Notes: generated by a model not told the origin, from the letters alone. A stretch of DNA of 32,000 nucleotides from Synechocystis sp. PCC 6803 substr. PCC-P (GCF_000284455.1 NC_017039.1:3510001-3542000); one strand, 5' to 3'; numbered from the stretch's first letter, positions 11,444 through 20,487 are shown. Made by a program: numbers and translations.

Positions 11444-11493
11444 TGCCATTGCCATAACTGCTTTCGGTTAGACTTCGTTTCATTTGGTTAATC

Positions 11494-11523
11494 AAGGGCA
11501 CTCTCGCAATGGGGTGCCTTTTA
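11494..11523 (+). terminator. Candidate rho-independent-type hairpin downstream of psbA1
   Basis: AAGGGCAC (11494-11501), 12-nt loop, GTGCCTTT (11514-11521). 8-bp stem with one G-U pair, followed by a short T run. Confidence 0.45.
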
Positions 11524-11581
11524 TGGTCCAAGGTTAAAGTTAAGCCAGTAAAGTTTAAGTCTATTTCTAGGGTGAAATGTA

Positions 11582-12094
11582 ATGAATCAATTTAGGGACT
11601 GGGGTTTTTCCACTGATTGGTGGCAAGGCAAAAAAGGGGAATATTGGGTACTTGGGCAAACAATTCTCTCCGTTGGATTTGTACTGTTACCGGTTTATAC
11701 TCCTACTAATTTACAGTTACTAGCTGAACAAAATCAGTGGATTGCCTGGGCTGGTACTCTGTTTTTTGGCATGATTGCGGCAGTTTTGCTGATTGGGGGG
11801 GGTCTGCATTTAGGGGAAAATCTGACTCCCTTGCCCCATCCTAAAAAGGATAGTCAATTGGTCACCACTGGTATTTACAGCATGGTCCGTCATCCCCTCT
11901 ACGGCGGCGTGGTTTTTCTGGCGATCGCCTATGGCTTTTGGCAATGGAGTTTGACCCATTTAATCGGAGCAGTGGTGTTATTTATATTTTTTAATCTCAA
12001 AGCTAATCGGGAAGAAATTTGGCTCCAAGATAAATTTAACGACTATGGCAATTATCGAGACCAGGTGAAAAAGCTGATTCCTTGGCTTTATTAA
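11582..12094 (+). CDS. Integral membrane methyltransferase, ICMT/NnrU-like family
   Basis: Four or so TM segments and the C-terminal core LVTTGIYSMVRHPLYGGVVFLAIAYGFW...NREEIWLQDKFNDYGNYRDQVKKLIPWL. Confidence 0.75.
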   Translation: MNQFRDWGFSTDWWQGKKGEYWVLGQTILSVGFVLLPVYTPTNLQLLAEQNQWIAWAGTLFFGMIAAVLLIGGGLHLGENLTPLPHPKKDSQLVTTGIYSMVRHPLYGGVVFLAIAYGFWQWSLTHLIGAVVLFIFFNLKANREEIWLQDKFNDYGNYRDQVKKLIPWLY

Positions 12095-12125
12095 AGGAAT
12101 ATGAAGAAAAATATGGGAAAAAACT

Positions 12126-12710
12126 ATGTGGGATGAAAGATTTAGCCAGTCAGAATATGTTTACGGTACAGAACCGAATGATTTTTTGGTCAGTGTGGCC
12201 AATCAAATTCCCCAGGGAAAAATTCTTTGTTTAGCAGAAGGAGAAGGTCGTAATGCTTGTTTTTTAGCAAGTTTGGGTTATGAAGTGACCGCGGTGGATC
12301 AATCTTCGGTCGGTTTAGCCAAAGCAAAACAATTAGCCCAGGAAAAAGGTGTAAAAATTACCACTGTCCAGAGTAATTTAGCCGATTTTGACATTGTCGC
12401 GGATGCCTGGGAAGGCATTGTTTCCATTTTTTGCCATTTACCTTCTAGTTTAAGACAACAACTTTATCCCAAAGTTTATCAAGGCTTAAAACCTGGTGGA
12501 GTGTTTATTTTAGAAGGTTTTGCTCCAGAACAATTACAATACAACACCGGTGGCCCAAAGGATTTAGATCTATTGCCTAAGTTGGAAACGTTGCAGAGTG
12601 AATTGCCGAGTTTGAATTGGCTAATTGCCAACAATTTGGAACGAAATTTAGATGAGGGAGCTTACCATCAAGGGAAAGCCGCCCTAATTCAGCTATTGGG
12701 ACAAAAGTAA
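12126..12710 (+). CDS. Class I SAM-dependent methyltransferase (TehB-like)
   Basis: MWDERFSQSEYVYGTEPNDFL, motif I GKILCLAEGEGRNACFLASLGYEVTAVDQSSVGLAKA, LKPGGVFILEGF. Confidence 0.85.
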   Translation: MWDERFSQSEYVYGTEPNDFLVSVANQIPQGKILCLAEGEGRNACFLASLGYEVTAVDQSSVGLAKAKQLAQEKGVKITTVQSNLADFDIVADAWEGIVSIFCHLPSSLRQQLYPKVYQGLKPGGVFILEGFAPEQLQYNTGGPKDLDLLPKLETLQSELPSLNWLIANNLERNLDEGAYHQGKAALIQLLGQK

Positions 12711-12740
12711 ACCACAATCGAATTTAATTATTCCATTTCC

Positions 12741-13235
12741 ATGGCATCAATTGTTTTCCGCTACCTTACTGTTCTCGTTTTTTCTCTTTGCTTAATGGGG
12801 TTTTTTTCCCCGCCGACCCTGGCGGCAGGTTCTCCTCCCTTGCTGAATTCAGAGCTCAATCCCCAGACTCAAACAATGGATTTGGCGATCGATAGCTTTT
12901 TAGATTCTATCCCTGCCAATTATTATGCTATTCGTACACCGGCAGCCCTGAAAAAACGATTAGATGATGCAAAAACTACCTTAGTGGATGTGAGGGAAGT
13001 TAAGGAATATCAAGCTGGACATATTCCCGGAGCAATCAATATTCCCTTGCGGACTTTAAGCCATAATCTGGCACAGATTCCCCCAGACAGAAAGGTTATT
13101 TTTTACTGTTCCACTGGCTACCGTTCCGCCATGGCGATGATGGCTTTAAACCTTTTAGGCTACGAAAATGTTCTGGCATTTTCTCCTAGTTTTACTGGCT
13201 GGCAAGCGGCAGGGGAAGCAATTGCCAAAGCTTGA
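12741..13235 (+). CDS. Exported rhodanese-like sulfurtransferase
   Basis: Signal-peptide-like N-terminus (YLTVLVFSLCLMGFFSPPTLAAG) and rhodanese domain with active-site CSTGYRS and GHIPGAINIPL. Confidence 0.88.
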   Translation: MASIVFRYLTVLVFSLCLMGFFSPPTLAAGSPPLLNSELNPQTQTMDLAIDSFLDSIPANYYAIRTPAALKKRLDDAKTTLVDVREVKEYQAGHIPGAINIPLRTLSHNLAQIPPDRKVIFYCSTGYRSAMAMMALNLLGYENVLAFSPSFTGWQAAGEAIAKA

Positions 13236-13423
13236 TTAATGAATCCGACGAAATCTTCCTTTGTGCATAGTTAAATTACCCCCTTAACAAAAATTTATTG
13301 TTATAATAAAAAAAGTAAAGACAAGAAGAATAGTTTCAATATTTTATCCTTTACTTAATTGCGTAAGGATTTCAATTAATCTTAGGAAGAAATTTTTCCA
13401 TCCCCCATACGGAGATTATAATC

Positions 13424-13618
13424 ATGGCTACTAACATGGGTTCCATTGATCGTTTGATTCGCTTAGTTATTGCTTCAGCTCTGCTCTATCTTGGTCTTTT
13501 TTTCTACTCCGGCACTAGCCTGGGACTTGGACTTACTGCCGGAGGCGGATTGATGCTATTTTCCGCTACTTTTGGCTTTTGTGGGCTGTATAAATTGCTC
13601 GGCATTAGCACCAAATAG
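13424..13618 (+). CDS. DUF2892/YgaP-like small membrane protein
   Basis: 64 aa: NMGSIDRLIRLVIASALLYLG...GGGLMLFSATFGFCGLYKLLGIST. Confidence 0.8.
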   Translation: MATNMGSIDRLIRLVIASALLYLGLFFYSGTSLGLGLTAGGGLMLFSATFGFCGLYKLLGISTK

Positions 13619-13688
13619 ATCCGTATTTTGACTGTTACTGCTCACATTGTTTTGTTCTTTTCTCACCCTATTTAGCACTAATTTAATC

Positions 13689-14225
13689 ATGGATAACACA
13701 CAGGCGATCGCCCCCCCTTCCTATTCCCGTCGTCAATTACTCAACTTTTTAGCTGGCACCACCGTTGCTGTCACCGCCAGTGCAGGAGCCTACGCCATGG
13801 GGAAATTCTTTGTGCCCCCGGCTGAAAAAGGTGGAGCCGGAGGAGGCATTATTGCCAAGGATGTTTTGGGTAACCCCATCCCTGCTTCCCAAATTTTGGC
13901 GGAAGCTCCCGGCACCAGGGCTTTAGTGGCTGGTTTGGCTGGTGATCCCACCTATTTGATTGTTAAAGAGGACGGTAGCCTCGACAGTATCGGCATTGTT
14001 GATAGTTGTACCCACCTGGGTTGTACTTTTCCCTGGAATGGCAATGATCAAGAATTTCAATGTCCCTGCCATGGTTCCCGCTACCATCCCGACGGCTCTG
14101 TGGCCCGGGGGCCCGCTCCTTTGCCCTTGAAAATAGTGCAGGTGGCCGTGGTAGATGATCAAATTTTCATTTCCCCTTGGACAGACCTGGATCCCCGCAC
14201 GGGAGAGAAACCCTGGTGGGTTTGA
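13689..14225 (+). CDS. petC2: Rieske iron-sulfur protein, alternative cytochrome b6f subunit
   Basis: N-terminal TM/Tat-like SRRQLLNFLAGTTVAVTASAGAY, Rieske boxes CTHLGCTFPW and CPCHGSRYHPDGS. ORF is open from 13647; ATG at 13689 is the more likely start. petC2 assignment by recall. Confidence 0.88.
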   Translation: MDNTQAIAPPSYSRRQLLNFLAGTTVAVTASAGAYAMGKFFVPPAEKGGAGGGIIAKDVLGNPIPASQILAEAPGTRALVAGLAGDPTYLIVKEDGSLDSIGIVDSCTHLGCTFPWNGNDQEFQCPCHGSRYHPDGSVARGPAPLPLKIVQVAVVDDQIFISPWTDLDPRTGEKPWWV

Positions 14226-14285
14226 TAATTTTCAATTTTTGGCCAACAATCTTCAAAAGCTAAACTATTTTGGTCTTGTTAACTT

Positions 14286-14732
14286 ATGTGGATTAGTGCC
14301 ACCGTTGCGTATATTCATTACCTCAGTTTTATGGTTGCCTTTGGGGCATTGGTTACGGAGGCCCTGACTTTGAAAAAAGACCCTAATCTGGAGGAGTCCT
14401 GGCGATTGGTCATTGCCGATGCCGTTTATGGGCTGTCCGCCACGGCCGTCTTGGTTACGGGAATTTTGCGGGTGATGTATTTTGGCAAAGGCACGGATTA
14501 TTACCTGAGTCATCATATTTTCTTTGCCAAAGTGGGACTATTCATCGTGGTGGGGTTACTTTCCCTCTATCCCACTTTCTCGTTTTTGATGTGGATTAAA
14601 GCCCTACGCGATCGCCAGGCTCCCGTGCTGGAGGAAGGCAAAGTGTCTGTATTGCGGTGGTTGATTCGGGGAGAATTGGTTGGATTGGCCCTAATTCCCT
14701 TCACTGCCGCTCTGCTGGCTAGAGGTTTATAA
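14286..14732 (+). CDS. DUF2214-like integral membrane protein
   Basis: 148 aa, multi-TM: HYLSFMVAFGALVTEALTLKKDPNLEESWRLVIADAVYGLSATAVLVTGILRVMYFGKGTDYY. Confidence 0.75.
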   Translation: MWISATVAYIHYLSFMVAFGALVTEALTLKKDPNLEESWRLVIADAVYGLSATAVLVTGILRVMYFGKGTDYYLSHHIFFAKVGLFIVVGLLSLYPTFSFLMWIKALRDRQAPVLEEGKVSVLRWLIRGELVGLALIPFTAALLARGL

Positions 14733-14908
14733 CAGTCAAGGGTGAATCATACCTAGGAACTAGGTCAATTAACTCCTGGTCATTGTTAGGGATGCCAATT
14801 GGGACCATCCCTGGGCTAGAATATCGCTCAGACTCACACCTCCATAGTTCTAAGCTTGTTTGACTTTGCCCTAACCTGAATAAACCGCCGTTGCTTGGTG
14901 GCCTCGCC

Positions 14909-15949
14909 ATGACTGACTACTCCGCCCTTGATAAATCCTCTTTCGCTGCCAGTGAGTCTGACTACATTCAAGCAGAGCTAATGGCCGAGGAGGAAACTGG
15001 CCCTAGGGTGAGCTATGACCCAGGGGAGTCTAGCTTGGCCGCCCTAGAGCCGCCCCTAGAAGCAACAGGAAGTTTTGAGTTTAATTTTATTGACCGCCCA
15101 GTCCCCCAAGAAGAGGTACAGGGCACCCATCCTGCGGAAGAAGTTCTTACCCGTTTATTTACCCCTTGGAGTTTGGCGGGGTTGTTGATGTTGGTGGTGG
15201 CCAATGGACTGTTAACAATTTATGGTTTGACGGCTCGATCGCCGGGACCGACGATGGCGATCGCCCATTTTGACGGTTTGCCCCCCATTCCTCCTGGCTT
15301 ACCTCCAGTGGCCGATGCTGGCCCTGGACTCAATCTACAAAAGCTCAGCGAAATGGCTGTGGTACGAGATCCTCAACCTACGGCTCCTTCTGCTCCCCAG
15401 GCGATCGCCAGTCAGAATGTGCCAAGTAACCCTCCCGCCGCAATGGTTCCCCAGGCCCAGCCAGTGCCCATGGCCGGCTACAGCCCCTATTTAAATGCTC
15501 CTGGTTACACAGCCGCCGTTCCCGGTGCCATTACCCCTCCCCAATCCGTGCCTTCAGGGCAGCCACTGCCCACCATTGCCATTCAACCTATCCGTCAGGC
15601 CCCCACCCCTCCTTTACCCCCTCCCCCTCCGCCGCCGATAAATACGGGCATTGGTAATGGGATTGTTTCCCCACCGCCAGTGGCCAGGGCCGATTACGGT
15701 AATCAGGTTAGTGCTGCCCCTAGTTCCTCCTCTGCCGGTGGAGCCACTGTGGAGTCGCAAATGTATCAACAGTTGCCCAGTGGATCTGCCCCCAGTGCCG
15801 TTGCCAGTAGTCAATCTCCCAATCAAAAAAACTTTCATCAAGTGACAAGAACTTATAATCAGGGAGGAAGCGCTAGTGAGCGGGAAACTAACCCCGCCAC
15901 CCAACAGTTAGTGCAGGAATTGGAAAGCCTTAACCAGGCTCCCTATTAG
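14909..15949 (+). CDS. Single-pass membrane protein with long Pro/Ala/Gln/Ser-rich C-terminal region
   Basis: TM segment WSLAGLLMLVVANGLLTIYGLTA followed by a Pro-rich region with a PLPPPPPPPPINTG run. ATG at 14909 in frame with ORF 14891. Confidence 0.7.
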   Translation: MTDYSALDKSSFAASESDYIQAELMAEEETGPRVSYDPGESSLAALEPPLEATGSFEFNFIDRPVPQEEVQGTHPAEEVLTRLFTPWSLAGLLMLVVANGLLTIYGLTARSPGPTMAIAHFDGLPPIPPGLPPVADAGPGLNLQKLSEMAVVRDPQPTAPSAPQAIASQNVPSNPPAAMVPQAQPVPMAGYSPYLNAPGYTAAVPGAITPPQSVPSGQPLPTIAIQPIRQAPTPPLPPPPPPPINTGIGNGIVSPPPVARADYGNQVSAAPSSSSAGGATVESQMYQQLPSGSAPSAVASSQSPNQKNFHQVTRTYNQGGSASERETNPATQQLVQELESLNQAPY

Positions 15950-15966
15950 GGTTGGCCCTCTTTGTC

Positions 15967-16638
15967 ATGGAACTTTTTAATCGGGTTGGACGGGTGTTGA
16001 AATCCCAGTTAACCCATTGGCAACAGCAACAGGAAGCGCCGGAGGATCTCCTCGAACGTCTATTGGGCGAGATGGAGTTGGAGCTGATCGAATTGCGGCG
16101 GGCCTTGGCCCAAACCATTGCTACTTTTAAAAGTACGGAACGACAGAGAGATGCTCAGCAGTTAATTGCCCAACGCTGGTACGAAAAGGCTCAGGCTGCC
16201 CTGGATAGGGGTAATGAGCAATTGGCTAGGGAGGCCCTTGGGCAAAGACAGTCCTATCAGAGTCATACGGAAGCCCTAGGTAAATCCCTCGGGGAACAAC
16301 GGGCCCTGGTGGAACAGGTGCGGGGACAATTACAAAAGCTGGAGCGCAAATATCTGGAGCTGAAAAGTCAGAAAAATCTTTACCTCGCCCGCTTAAAATC
16401 GGCGATCGCCGCCCAAAAAATTGAAGAGATTGCGGGCAATTTGGACAATGCCAGTGCCAGTAGTTTATTTGAGAGAATTGAAACCAAAATCCTGGAGTTG
16501 GAAGCGGAACGGGAATTGCTCAACCCTCCCCCATCCCCGCTAGATAAAAAATTTGAGCAGTGGGAGGAACAACAGGCGGTGGAAGCAACCCTTGCGGCCA
16601 TGAAAGCTCGACGCTCTCTCCCTCCCCCTTCCTCGTAA
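15967..16638 (+). CDS. PspA/IM30 (Vipp1) family coiled-coil protein
   Basis: MELFNRVGRVLKSQLTHW...LLERLLGEMELELIELRRALAQTIATFKSTERQ, continuous heptad-like helices typical of PspA. Confidence 0.85.
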   Translation: MELFNRVGRVLKSQLTHWQQQQEAPEDLLERLLGEMELELIELRRALAQTIATFKSTERQRDAQQLIAQRWYEKAQAALDRGNEQLAREALGQRQSYQSHTEALGKSLGEQRALVEQVRGQLQKLERKYLELKSQKNLYLARLKSAIAAQKIEEIAGNLDNASASSLFERIETKILELEAERELLNPPPSPLDKKFEQWEEQQAVEATLAAMKARRSLPPPSS

Positions 16639-16673
16639 AAACCATAATTGCTAACGATAAATTAGCTGTCAAA

Positions 16674-17615
16674 ATGACCAATCTTCCCCACCAATGTGAG
16701 CAAATTTTTCTCTTGGACGGTGGCCTGGAAACGGAAATGATCTTCAACCGAGGTTTTGATCTACCTGCCTTTGCTGCCCATACCCTACTGTCCGATCCCC
16801 TGGGACGGGAAGCGTTAAAGAACTACTTCCATGGTTTCTTAGATTTGGCCAAAGAAAAGCAATTTGGCTTTTTGATCGACGCACCCACTTGGCGGGCTCA
16901 ACCATTTTTTGCGGAAGAGTTGGGGGTGAGCCTGGAAGAAATTCGGCAGGCTAATTTTCGAGCGGTGGAATTTGCCAGGGCACTAAAACAGGCTTATGTT
17001 AACGAGATCCAGCCCTTGCTAATTAATGGTTTGATTGGTCCCTGTGGAGATGCCTATGGTGGCGAACATTTCAGCAATGCGGAGGCAGCCCAAGTCTATC
17101 ACCGGCAACAAATTAGCTGGTTAGCGGAGGCCGGAGTCGATCTATTGGGAGCATTTACCCTGACTAGCGTTAATGAGGCGATCGGTATTGTCCGGGCTAG
17201 CCAAGAATTTTCCTTACCCGTCTCCATTTCTTTCACAGTGGAAACGGACGGTCGCTTGCCTACGGGGACGGCCCTGTCGGAGGCGATCGCCATTGTTGAT
17301 GAAGCTACCAATCAGGGAGCGGCATACTTTATGGTTAATTGCGCCCATCCCGACCACTTCCGTGCCGTAATCAGAGAAGAAGCTTGGCTGAGTCGCTTGG
17401 GGGGTTTTCGCTGTAACCCTTCCCGTCGTAGTCATGCCCAGTTAGATCAAGCAAATTTTCTCGACATTGGTAACCCGGTGGAATTGGCCCACTCCTATTG
17501 GACGCTGAAACAAAAAGTCCCTTCAGCCAATGTTTTTGGGGCCTGTTGTGGTTCTGACCTCCGGCATATCAGAGAAATTGCCAAGGTCTTTGACGAAAAA
17601 ATCTCGAAGATTTAA
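16674..17615 (+). CDS. Homocysteine S-methyltransferase family protein
   Basis: LLDGGLETEMIFNRG at the N-terminus, VNCAHPDHFRAVI and FGACCGSDLRHI (Zn-binding Cys/Cys-Cys pattern). ATG at 16674 is in frame with ORF 16560. Confidence 0.85.
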   Translation: MTNLPHQCEQIFLLDGGLETEMIFNRGFDLPAFAAHTLLSDPLGREALKNYFHGFLDLAKEKQFGFLIDAPTWRAQPFFAEELGVSLEEIRQANFRAVEFARALKQAYVNEIQPLLINGLIGPCGDAYGGEHFSNAEAAQVYHRQQISWLAEAGVDLLGAFTLTSVNEAIGIVRASQEFSLPVSISFTVETDGRLPTGTALSEAIAIVDEATNQGAAYFMVNCAHPDHFRAVIREEAWLSRLGGFRCNPSRRSHAQLDQANFLDIGNPVELAHSYWTLKQKVPSANVFGACCGSDLRHIREIAKVFDEKISKI

Positions 17616-17622
17616 AAAACGT

Positions 17623-18399
17623 CTAGAACTGTCTGCGGGCAAAAATCAGATTTGCCAGGGTCAGCATCAGCACGATGTAGAGAATGCCATAGAGAAGGTT
17701 CGCCCAAAGTTCACCGCTGGCGGGCAGAATTCCATACACCGCCTCATTTTTCAGGTTAAATCTCTCCAGGTTAGGCAATACCAGGTAGAGATATTTGGTC
17801 AGGGTTTCGATGTTGGCATTTTTGGTAATTTCCCCCAATTTAAGCAAATCACGACTGATATGCCCCATAAAATACACCCCAAAACTGAGCAGGGTGGCCA
17901 AAATTGAACTGGTGAATACCCCAAATAAAATGGCGATCGCCGTGAGAACTGCTAATTCTAATAACAGAAAAGCTTGGGAAATGAGAATGGCAGTGGGGGA
18001 AAAGGGGATTTTGGCCCAGGCCAACATGACCAAGTAAATGCTGGTCATAATCACCAACATGGCAGTCAGCACCCCCGATAATCCCAGATGTTTGCCGATA
18101 ATAAACTCACTGCGGCTGAGGGGCTTGGGAATGAGCACCAACACCGTGCGCTTATCAATTTCTTTGTTAATCAAACCTGTACCGACAAAAATCGCCACGA
18201 TCGCCCCCAACAGGGAAGTGGCCGCTAAACCGAGGTCGAGGAAAATTTTGCCATCCGCCCCAACGGAAATTTCTGGCAGGATCCGCAGGGCTAAGGCCAT
18301 TAAAATGGCGAAAAATCCGATCACATAAAGAATTCGGTCCCGAATAACTTCCCGAAAACCATTGGCGGCGATCGCCCAAATTCTGAAAATATTGACCAT
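17623..18399 (-). CDS. ABC transporter permease (ABC-2 type)
   Basis: 258 aa multi-TM: ANGFREVIRDRILYVIGFFAILMALALRILPEIS...NKEIDKRTVLVLIPKPLSRSEFIIGKHLG. Confidence 0.8.
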   Translation of the reverse strand: MVNIFRIWAIAANGFREVIRDRILYVIGFFAILMALALRILPEISVGADGKIFLDLGLAATSLLGAIVAIFVGTGLINKEIDKRTVLVLIPKPLSRSEFIIGKHLGLSGVLTAMLVIMTSIYLVMLAWAKIPFSPTAILISQAFLLLELAVLTAIAILFGVFTSSILATLLSFGVYFMGHISRDLLKLGEITKNANIETLTKYLYLVLPNLERFNLKNEAVYGILPASGELWANLLYGILYIVLMLTLANLIFARRQF

Positions 18400-18528
18400 A
18401 ATTTTTCAGTCAATCCACTTAAATCGCAATGATCCTAACGATCAATTAAATAATAAAAAACCCACCGAGCTCGAACAAGATGGGTCATGGCAAAACTTCT
18501 ATTCTCAAAGCGCTGGCATAAACCAGAC

Positions 18529-19044
18529 CTATTCCGCCGCTGGGACGCCATCCAATAAACCATGGCGATCGAGCACTGCCTGTAACTGAGACTCCTCATC
18601 CTGGGAAAGGGAAGTTCTCAGCACTTTACCGCCGTATTTGCTCACATCGGCCAAAACCTTATCGGGGGTAACTTTTTTGACTAGGACAAATAGGGCCGAA
18701 CTACCGGGGCACATGGTTTCCCCCAGTTCCCGCATAAAATTGTCATCTACACCAATGTCACTGAGGGCACCGGCCAAGGCACCACTGGCAGCTCCCACCG
18801 CAGCTCCCAACAGGGGATTGAAAAATAAAATACCGATCAATAAACCCCAAAAGCCGCCACTAACGGCGCCGGAACTGGTGAGATTAATGGCTTGCTTGAG
18901 CTTGACTTTGCCCTTTTCGTCTTTGACCACAACGGCGGCATCTTCCATTTCGATCAAATGCTCTACTTGTAGCTTGGCCAGGGCAAGGCGTACTTCCTCT
19001 GCCTTGTATTCATCATCGTAGCCGATAACAATTAAGTCACTCAT
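18529..19044 (-). CDS. DUF1269-type protein with glycine-zipper hydrophobic segment
   Basis: MSDLIVIGYDDEYKAEEVRLALAKLQ...GAVSGGFWGLLIGILFFNPLLGAAVGAASGALAGALSDIGVDDNFM. Confidence 0.8.
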   Translation of the reverse strand: MSDLIVIGYDDEYKAEEVRLALAKLQVEHLIEMEDAAVVVKDEKGKVKLKQAINLTSSGAVSGGFWGLLIGILFFNPLLGAAVGAASGALAGALSDIGVDDNFMRELGETMCPGSSALFVLVKKVTPDKVLADVSKYGGKVLRTSLSQDEESQLQAVLDRHGLLDGVPAAE

Positions 19045-19243
19045 AAAACTTTACTGAAAATAATTGGTGATTACTAGGCTCCATGGTAGCAGTTGGGTTC
19101 AATCTTGAAAGTTGGGGTAACCGTCAATACAACATTGGCTCCATGGCTGGTCAATCCATTACAATTTGGGTTATTCGGTGACGCCCCAACCTCCACACCT
19201 CCGTTAGATCCCATCTGGATAAAACTAATAAACTCTATTACCC

Positions 19244-20254
19244 ATGATTAAAGCCTACGCTGCCCTGGAAGCCAACGGAAAACTCCAACCCTTTGAATAC
19301 GACCCCGGTGCCCTGGGTGCTAATGAGGTGGAGATTGAGGTGCAGTATTGTGGGGTGTGCCACAGTGATTTGTCCATGATTAATAACGAATGGGGCATTT
19401 CCAATTACCCCCTAGTGCCGGGTCATGAGGTGGTGGGTACTGTGGCCGCCATGGGCGAAGGGGTGAACCATGTTGAGGTGGGGGATTTAGTGGGGCTGGG
19501 TTGGCATTCGGGCTACTGCATGACCTGCCATAGTTGTTTATCTGGCTACCACAACCTTTGTGCCACGGCGGAATCGACCATTGTGGGCCACTACGGTGGC
19601 TTTGGCGATCGGGTTCGGGCCAAGGGAGTCAGCGTGGTGAAATTACCTAAAGGCATTGACCTAGCCAGTGCCGGGCCCCTTTTCTGTGGAGGAATTACCG
19701 TTTTCAGTCCTATGGTGGAACTGAGTTTAAAGCCCACTGCAAAAGTGGCAGTGATCGGCATTGGGGGCTTGGGCCATTTAGCGGTGCAATTTCTCCGGGC
19801 CTGGGGCTGTGAAGTGACTGCCTTTACCTCCAGTGCCAGGAAGCAAACGGAAGTGTTGGAATTGGGCGCTCACCACATACTAGATTCCACCAATCCAGAG
19901 GCGATCGCCAGTGCGGAAGGCAAATTTGACTATATTATCTCCACTGTGAACCTGAAGCTTGACTGGAACTTATACATCAGCACCCTGGCGCCCCAGGGAC
20001 ATTTCCACTTTGTTGGGGTGGTGTTGGAGCCTTTGGATCTAAATCTTTTTCCCCTTTTGATGGGACAACGCTCCGTTTCTGCCTCCCCAGTGGGTAGTCC
20101 CGCCACCATTGCCACCATGTTGGACTTTGCTGTGCGCCATGACATTAAACCCGTGGTGGAACAATTTAGCTTTGATCAGATCAACGAGGCGATCGCCCAT
20201 CTAGAAAGCGGCAAAGCCCATTATCGGGTAGTGCTCAGCCATAGTAAAAATTAG
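19244..20254 (+). CDS. adhA: Zinc-containing medium-chain alcohol dehydrogenase (NADP-type cinnamyl ADH group)
   Basis: Catalytic CGVCHSDLSMI and GHEVVG; structural Zn cysteines CMTCHSCLSGYHNLC; Rossmann GIGGLGHLAVQF. Confidence 0.85.
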   Translation: MIKAYAALEANGKLQPFEYDPGALGANEVEIEVQYCGVCHSDLSMINNEWGISNYPLVPGHEVVGTVAAMGEGVNHVEVGDLVGLGWHSGYCMTCHSCLSGYHNLCATAESTIVGHYGGFGDRVRAKGVSVVKLPKGIDLASAGPLFCGGITVFSPMVELSLKPTAKVAVIGIGGLGHLAVQFLRAWGCEVTAFTSSARKQTEVLELGAHHILDSTNPEAIASAEGKFDYIISTVNLKLDWNLYISTLAPQGHFHFVGVVLEPLDLNLFPLLMGQRSVSASPVGSPATIATMLDFAVRHDIKPVVEQFSFDQINEAIAHLESGKAHYRVVLSHSKN

Positions 20255-20487
20255 CTCTGCAAAGGTTGCTTCTGGGTCCGTGGAATGGTCAAACGGAGTC
20301 GATCTCAGTTTTGATACGCTCTATCTGGAAAGCTTGACATTCGATGGGGTGTGAGATTCAACGGGCTAGGCAAAACCCCTGACAGATAGCCGAGGCAAAG
20401 GATTTCGGCAGTGTTAAAACAAACAATTCTGACCAAGACATTACTGCTAGAATGGCACATTGAACCAGTTCTTCAGGTAAAAGCAGT

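Noticed and set aside
15614-15904. Antisense ORFs opposite the Pro-rich protein (15614-15904 and neighbours)
   Set aside because: Gly/Arg-rich composition is the expected reverse complement of Pro/Ala/Ser-rich coding sequence.
16560-16673. N-terminal extension of the homocysteine methyltransferase ORF
   Set aside because: It overlaps the end of the PspA-family gene and has no family similarity. The ATG at 16674 directly precedes the conserved domain.
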